Of a DNA stretch of 39,984 nt, positions 35,314 to 39,984 are shown piece by piece. The notes under the pieces were generated by a model. It was given only the letters and a program-made list of their open reading frames with translations, was not told where the DNA came from and searched no databases. The stretch is from Perkinsus olseni (taxonomy: Eukaryota). The stretch covers positions 1-39,984 of the forward strand of contig JABANN010000317.1 in NCBI GenBank assembly GCA_013115125.1. Direction: 5' to 3'. Made by a program: the position numbers and the translations under genes. Position 1 is the first letter of the stretch; each line of letters starts with the position of its first letter.

Positions 35314-36499
35314 GGAGGTGTACCTCGAAAATTGATTTGGTGGATCACCAGCTGTTCTATGATCCATGCTATCATCATGGAGATCTGTATACTTTTCACG
35401 ATGGTGGCACCTCGGGTATTCTCATGACTGAAAAAGTTGGATCTCACACGAGGATGCATTCCGAGTATAGCATGATTCGGTCGCTGCCTCTAAAATTGTT
35501 CAGTCATCCCGATGCGATTCAACGTTGTTTCCGAACATGCTGAGTGCAGAAGTGAGTTCCCGAGGGTCTGGAATGGGAGGGGATTCATCGACCCCGACGA
35601 AGACAGCCAAAAAGAGATCTGTATAACGAGAGGACCGCGCGATATGATTGTTGCACTTGTATACATAGAGTCTGCAGAAGCACTATACTAAACTACCTCA
35701 GTAGCATCTCCATTAATCGGGCATTCGCTACCCACTCGCCAGAGCATCACTGCTTTCTAACGGGCCTCAACGTGACGCACTGCCAAATGCCCCGTGTGCC
35801 CACCACTGCGCCCACCAAGTGGTTACTTCTAAGAGCTTAGTAGCGATGGTCCGCTGTCAGACTATGACCACACTCCCAGGGCGTCGGAAAGACTCGACTA
35901 AAACACGAGTGATGGTCTTCAACCACAAATAACAAGCGTAAAGTCAAGCTCGGCGCGTGCGAAAAAAACAACTCGAGAACCATTATCGGCTTTCGGAAAG
36001 CCGCTTTCCTACAACTGCCCGGACTCTATTGCACGCGACTCCTCTTTCTCGGTTGGTCCGCGGGAGCACTGCTACGTGAGGTGTGCAATCGTAGCTAGAA
36101 GGGAAGACCGATCCTAGAGACAAAGCAGTTGCCGTGCGCCCTTCGAACAGAGGCTCCGCATCGAGAACCCAATCACACTTACAGGAGTCGAAAACCAGGG
36201 GAATATCGTGGCTTAGCCTCAAGGATCGGGGCATTATCATAGCACGTACAGTAGTACGTCCCGAATCCTCAAGGCCACTTTCGCCTGTTCAAGGTGCGGT
36301 TGCGCAGCGGAGCGCGGAGTCCGCGAAGCCCCCATGTCCGACATGGGGACCTTGGGGGAACGTTGTGAGCCGAATCGCTCCAAATATTCGTCCTCATCAG
36401 AGCGGTTCTGGCCATTCCCTCGGCACTGCTATCATAAGGGTTATCTGGGTTACCTAACGTATCAGCATAGATGTTGTCACCGTAAGCATCAACAACCCT

Positions 36500-38520
36500 G
36501 TCCAAAAGTTGGACTAGAGAGGCTCGATCAGTGGGCCGATATGACCGTGGGCGGGGATATGAGCCACTCTCACTATTGCTTGTTTACCTATCATAAGTGA
36601 CGGGTTTCTCGCCACCAACCAGGATAACGCGGGCCTCGCTGCGCGGCAGGCTGCCGCCCGCAGCCGATAGGCACTGCCCGGCACTCCGCACTAGGCGATG
36701 CCATCTCCGGTATTCTTCTCGTAGAGACTGTTGGCACGACTCGGAACGGAATTTCGGCGTCCTCGAGTGGTACGGAATGGGCACCTTTCAATGGCACTAG
36801 CTCCGAGGTAGCCACAACCTGGGATGATCCGTCGATTATCACATAGCCTCCGAACACACCAATGCAGGTCTTAGGATCATAAAACCACGCAACACCACGT
36901 CCTGATCGCCCCGCGCTCAAGCGTTCTGACAGGACCGACCGAGTATGCGGTTTGACCGCAGTATTCAAGATATAGATTAGGTCCGAGAATTGCCGAGGGG
37001 ATGATTGGATATCACCGCCGACTATGTATGGCAGACCATCCGTCTCGATTACTCGTCCTCCAGCCAGAGGTCGTGGCATTTCCGCTTGAGGTTGTTGAAG
37101 CCACTTGTTTGTGTGGGTATCGAGAATTCCCACCTAGGAGACCGATTGTCCTTCAGAGTCACCTCCAAGAACGTACAAATACCTCTCGTTAACGAGATTA
37201 AGACAGCGACCAGAGTGGGGCCTAGGCATAGATGAACGGAGTGAGTTCCATTGGCCGCGCCAGCCTGGCGCATAACCCCTGGCGCCGCCAGGGGTTTCGA
37301 CCTTTGTACCATTTCTAATTCGTACACTGAGTGTACACTGAGTGGTGGCTGAGATTAGTCCCGCAGCACCGTGAAATATTTCAAGTGAAATATTTCTGAA
37401 TTTTTCAGAATTTTTCTGAAATTTTCTGAAATTTTTCTTCAAAACCCATTTTAAGCGATTCTGAGCCGGTTTCATAGAGCTTTCCACTCATATGGGCTGT
37501 CAGGCTTGTGGATGGTAGCCACTGGATACTATCCAGTCTGGCCGATAGTGCGTTCCCAGCTGGTGCAGTAGGTAGAAGAGCTGTTCTTCAAGAGCAGCGG
37601 GGCGGGGCGCGCGCCACGTATAATGGGTGCTACGTGCATTTTGCACTAATTGTGCTATCACCGATGCGGTGCAGTTCCGGTCTGGTATTCCTCAGTAGTT
37701 GTTCCCCCCTAGATCTATAAGCGTCATCGTCGCTGGGGGTGGCCGGGTTCTCCGGTACCAAGTATAGACCAAATCTGCCACACACGCACAAGACGTTGCT
37801 GCTTGATGCAGCAACGTCCGTGCGGTACTAGGGAGCATTTTTTAAATAAAATTGAAAAAAATCAATTTTTGTAAAAAATTTTCAAATCTTTTCAGTAAAT
37901 TTCCAGAGACGCATTTCCGAGGTAGTCCACGTCAGAAATGTGTCACCGAAAATCTCTCCCAGGTGGAGCACCAGCCGGCTCCTCGAGGAAGAAGGCGCTG
38001 CTGACAAAGACGAAGAAACGTCCTAGACGTTCGGAAGTTGAGTCCACGTGTTTACAATCTGTGAATGAGGTGTACTGAGAAATCTACTGCACTGGTTGTG
38101 TTATCGGCAACTTGACGGGAAATGGCCAAAAACGGCCGAAATAGGCCAAAATCGCTAAAATTTCGTAAAAAGTGAAAATTCCACTAAAATTTTTTCCGGT
38201 GAAATATTTGAAATATTTCACTGAAACTTTCTTGAAATATTTCACTTTGAAATATTTCAGCCACCCTTTTTTTGAAATATGTCAGCGTACACTTAGTGGG
38301 AGTGTACTACACTCCCACTGTACTCGCGCACCCACCGTATTTCGTGGCGTTTGAAGGACGTTCACCGCACGTTATGAACCATAGTCTATGATGCAATCTC
38401 TAACCGGATCGTCATAATGAACAAAGGGTACGATGTTTCGATAGATAATGCCCAACGGTATTGCTGCGACGGGGCATGACTCTGGATCATTGCACGTCGA
38501 TGCCACCACTAACAGCATAA
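36500..38520 (-). pseudogene. Kelch-repeat gene, probably a pseudogene, interrupted by an insertion
   Basis: Kelch-like YLYVLGG, LDTHTNKW...MPRP, PYIVGG, GVFGG and VILVGG motifs. In-frame TAG at 37134-37136. Further frame breaks and a ~1-kb insertion at 37329-38313. Confidence 0.65.
37325..38307. mobile_element. About 1-kb AT-rich non-autonomous TIR-like element of unassigned superfamily
   Basis: Imperfect inverted ends CACTGAGTGTACACTGA (37325-) and TCAGCGTACACTTAGTG (-38298). Subterminal TGAAATATTTC arrays at both ends. TACACT is directly repeated at 37323-37328 and 38308-38313. Removal restores ...STVGV|YELE... on the minus strand. Confidence 0.7.
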
Positions 38521-39608
38521 ATACCTGACCCCCATTAGGGTCTAGTAGACCCTAATGGGGATCAGTAGACCCGGTCTACCCAGCGCTCTCGGACAAGCGA
38601 AGCAGTCGATGGAGACGAGCAATGATGAGATATCATAGAACATCGTGAAGCAGATCTGAAAGCATCAACCTGTAAAATCAGTGAGCGTCAAAGTGTATCA
38701 CACAGAGATACATTTCGGCACGATGGCCGCACGTTAGATAGAGAACGTGCGTAGCAACTTCACGACGAATCTCCATGGTGCGAACATCGAGCTGCAGTGG
38801 TTTCACCGTGTGATTATCGTAGCCTGAAACTCTAATAGACGTCTTTCATGGAGGGCTTCACGACACTTCCGAAAGAAGTTTTTCATTCCGCGACTTCGCT
38901 CCACCACAAAGCCCATCCAAATGTCGAATCCTGACCGTATGACTGCCTCAATAACGAGCGAGTAGGAAACACAGGGACTCCCTGTCAGGGAGACTCCACG
39001 ACTCGTGGACCACGAGCTATGTCGTCTCTGGTGACCGGTGACAGGTCTCCCTCAGGTATCGTTTCCAAGAAAGCGTACAAGAAGACAGTTGTTTGCCGTC
39101 CGAAAAGACCGAACGCCAGGCGGTAAACCAAACCGCGGTTACTGGCAAGTAACTATCAAAAATCAAGTTTCTACCTTACATAGAGCTTCTGAGTTGGTCG
39201 GCGTTCTCGGCTCGAGAGATGGAATATAGTAGCCTAAGACCTGTTCAGATGGCGGAAAGAGACGACGAAGAGTCAGCATAAACCTCACGAAGCAGACTGG
39301 AAGGTTCTAACGAAAAAATTCAATGGGCTTCCATCAAGGCAGACTTGAGACTTGACAAGTCTCAGGGACAATGCGTAGACGCTGTGCGACACGACCGTCG
39401 TGTCACGACGCATGCGAGTCGAGTAGCGAGCGTACGTAAAAATTTCACGACAAATCTCCACGGTGGGATGATTCCACCGTGACATCACGCGGCCTGATTC
39501 AGGCCCAGCCACACGCCATGATGGCGTCTGGATGGCGTCGCCATCCGTCCAACCCTCTCGGTAGAGAGCCAGTACGATACAGGGATACTTCGAGAACGTC
39601 GCCTGCTC

Positions 39609-39926
39609 ATGTTCTCTACGTTTCGGTCACTCTCTCACACTTGTTGGCGGAAGGTATCTGTGCGTTATCTGAGGGAGAACTCGCATGTCTTCCTGTCGGG
39701 AATCGCCTCGAATAAGGTGTACGAGATGATGGCTCCAGAGGAGCCGCAAACTACGTGCTCTGCGTTCCAGATCTCTCTAGACGGGACTTTCGACTACCGT
39801 GCTCAAAAGTGGTATCAACAATACACCTGTCCGATCCAGATCCCCAATTCTGGAAGGAGGGTCCCAGTTTTTCTATTTCTACTGCCGATTTCAACGGCTG
39901 AACCGCAATGCGTGTACTGGAATTAG
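39609..39926 (+). CDS. Possible fragment of a hypothetical gene
   Basis: Only a 105-aa ORF with plausible composition. No recognisable motif. Confidence 0.2.
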   Translation: MFSTFRSLSHTCWRKVSVRYLRENSHVFLSGIASNKVYEMMAPEEPQTTCSAFQISLDGTFDYRAQKWYQQYTCPIQIPNSGRRVPVFLFLLPISTAEPQCVYWN

Positions 39927-39984
39927 CCAACTCGACTCCACCTTTCCGCCTCGGAATAGTATCACTGTATAATGAGGTATTAGA

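Overview
Eukaryotic nuclear DNA with many short (about 45-120 nt) GT-AG introns. Gene style and content suggest a Perkinsus-like alveolate (inference). From left to right: (1) a retroelement zone at 1-4.8 kb, with a probable 3' LTR of a plus-strand element and a 5'-truncated minus-strand LTR retrotransposon whose RNase H and integrase motifs are BEL/Pao-like and whose integrase is split by a 972-bp hAT-type non-autonomous transposon; (2) a ~19 kb co-directional minus-strand cluster with two tandem Cdt1-like genes, one RRM-less gene, four tandem Mei2-like RRM genes (one with an intronic 258-bp hAT MITE) and NOSIP; (3) two putative secreted-protein genes, VKOR and an ankyrin-repeat gene; (4) two tandem ATP-type phosphofructokinase genes with hydrophobic N-termini; (5) a kelch pseudogene split by a ~1-kb AT-rich insertion, next to several odd-length palindromes. 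All calls come from manual motif reading, with no database searches. Multi-exon gene coordinates are overall spans, and some start codons are approximate.
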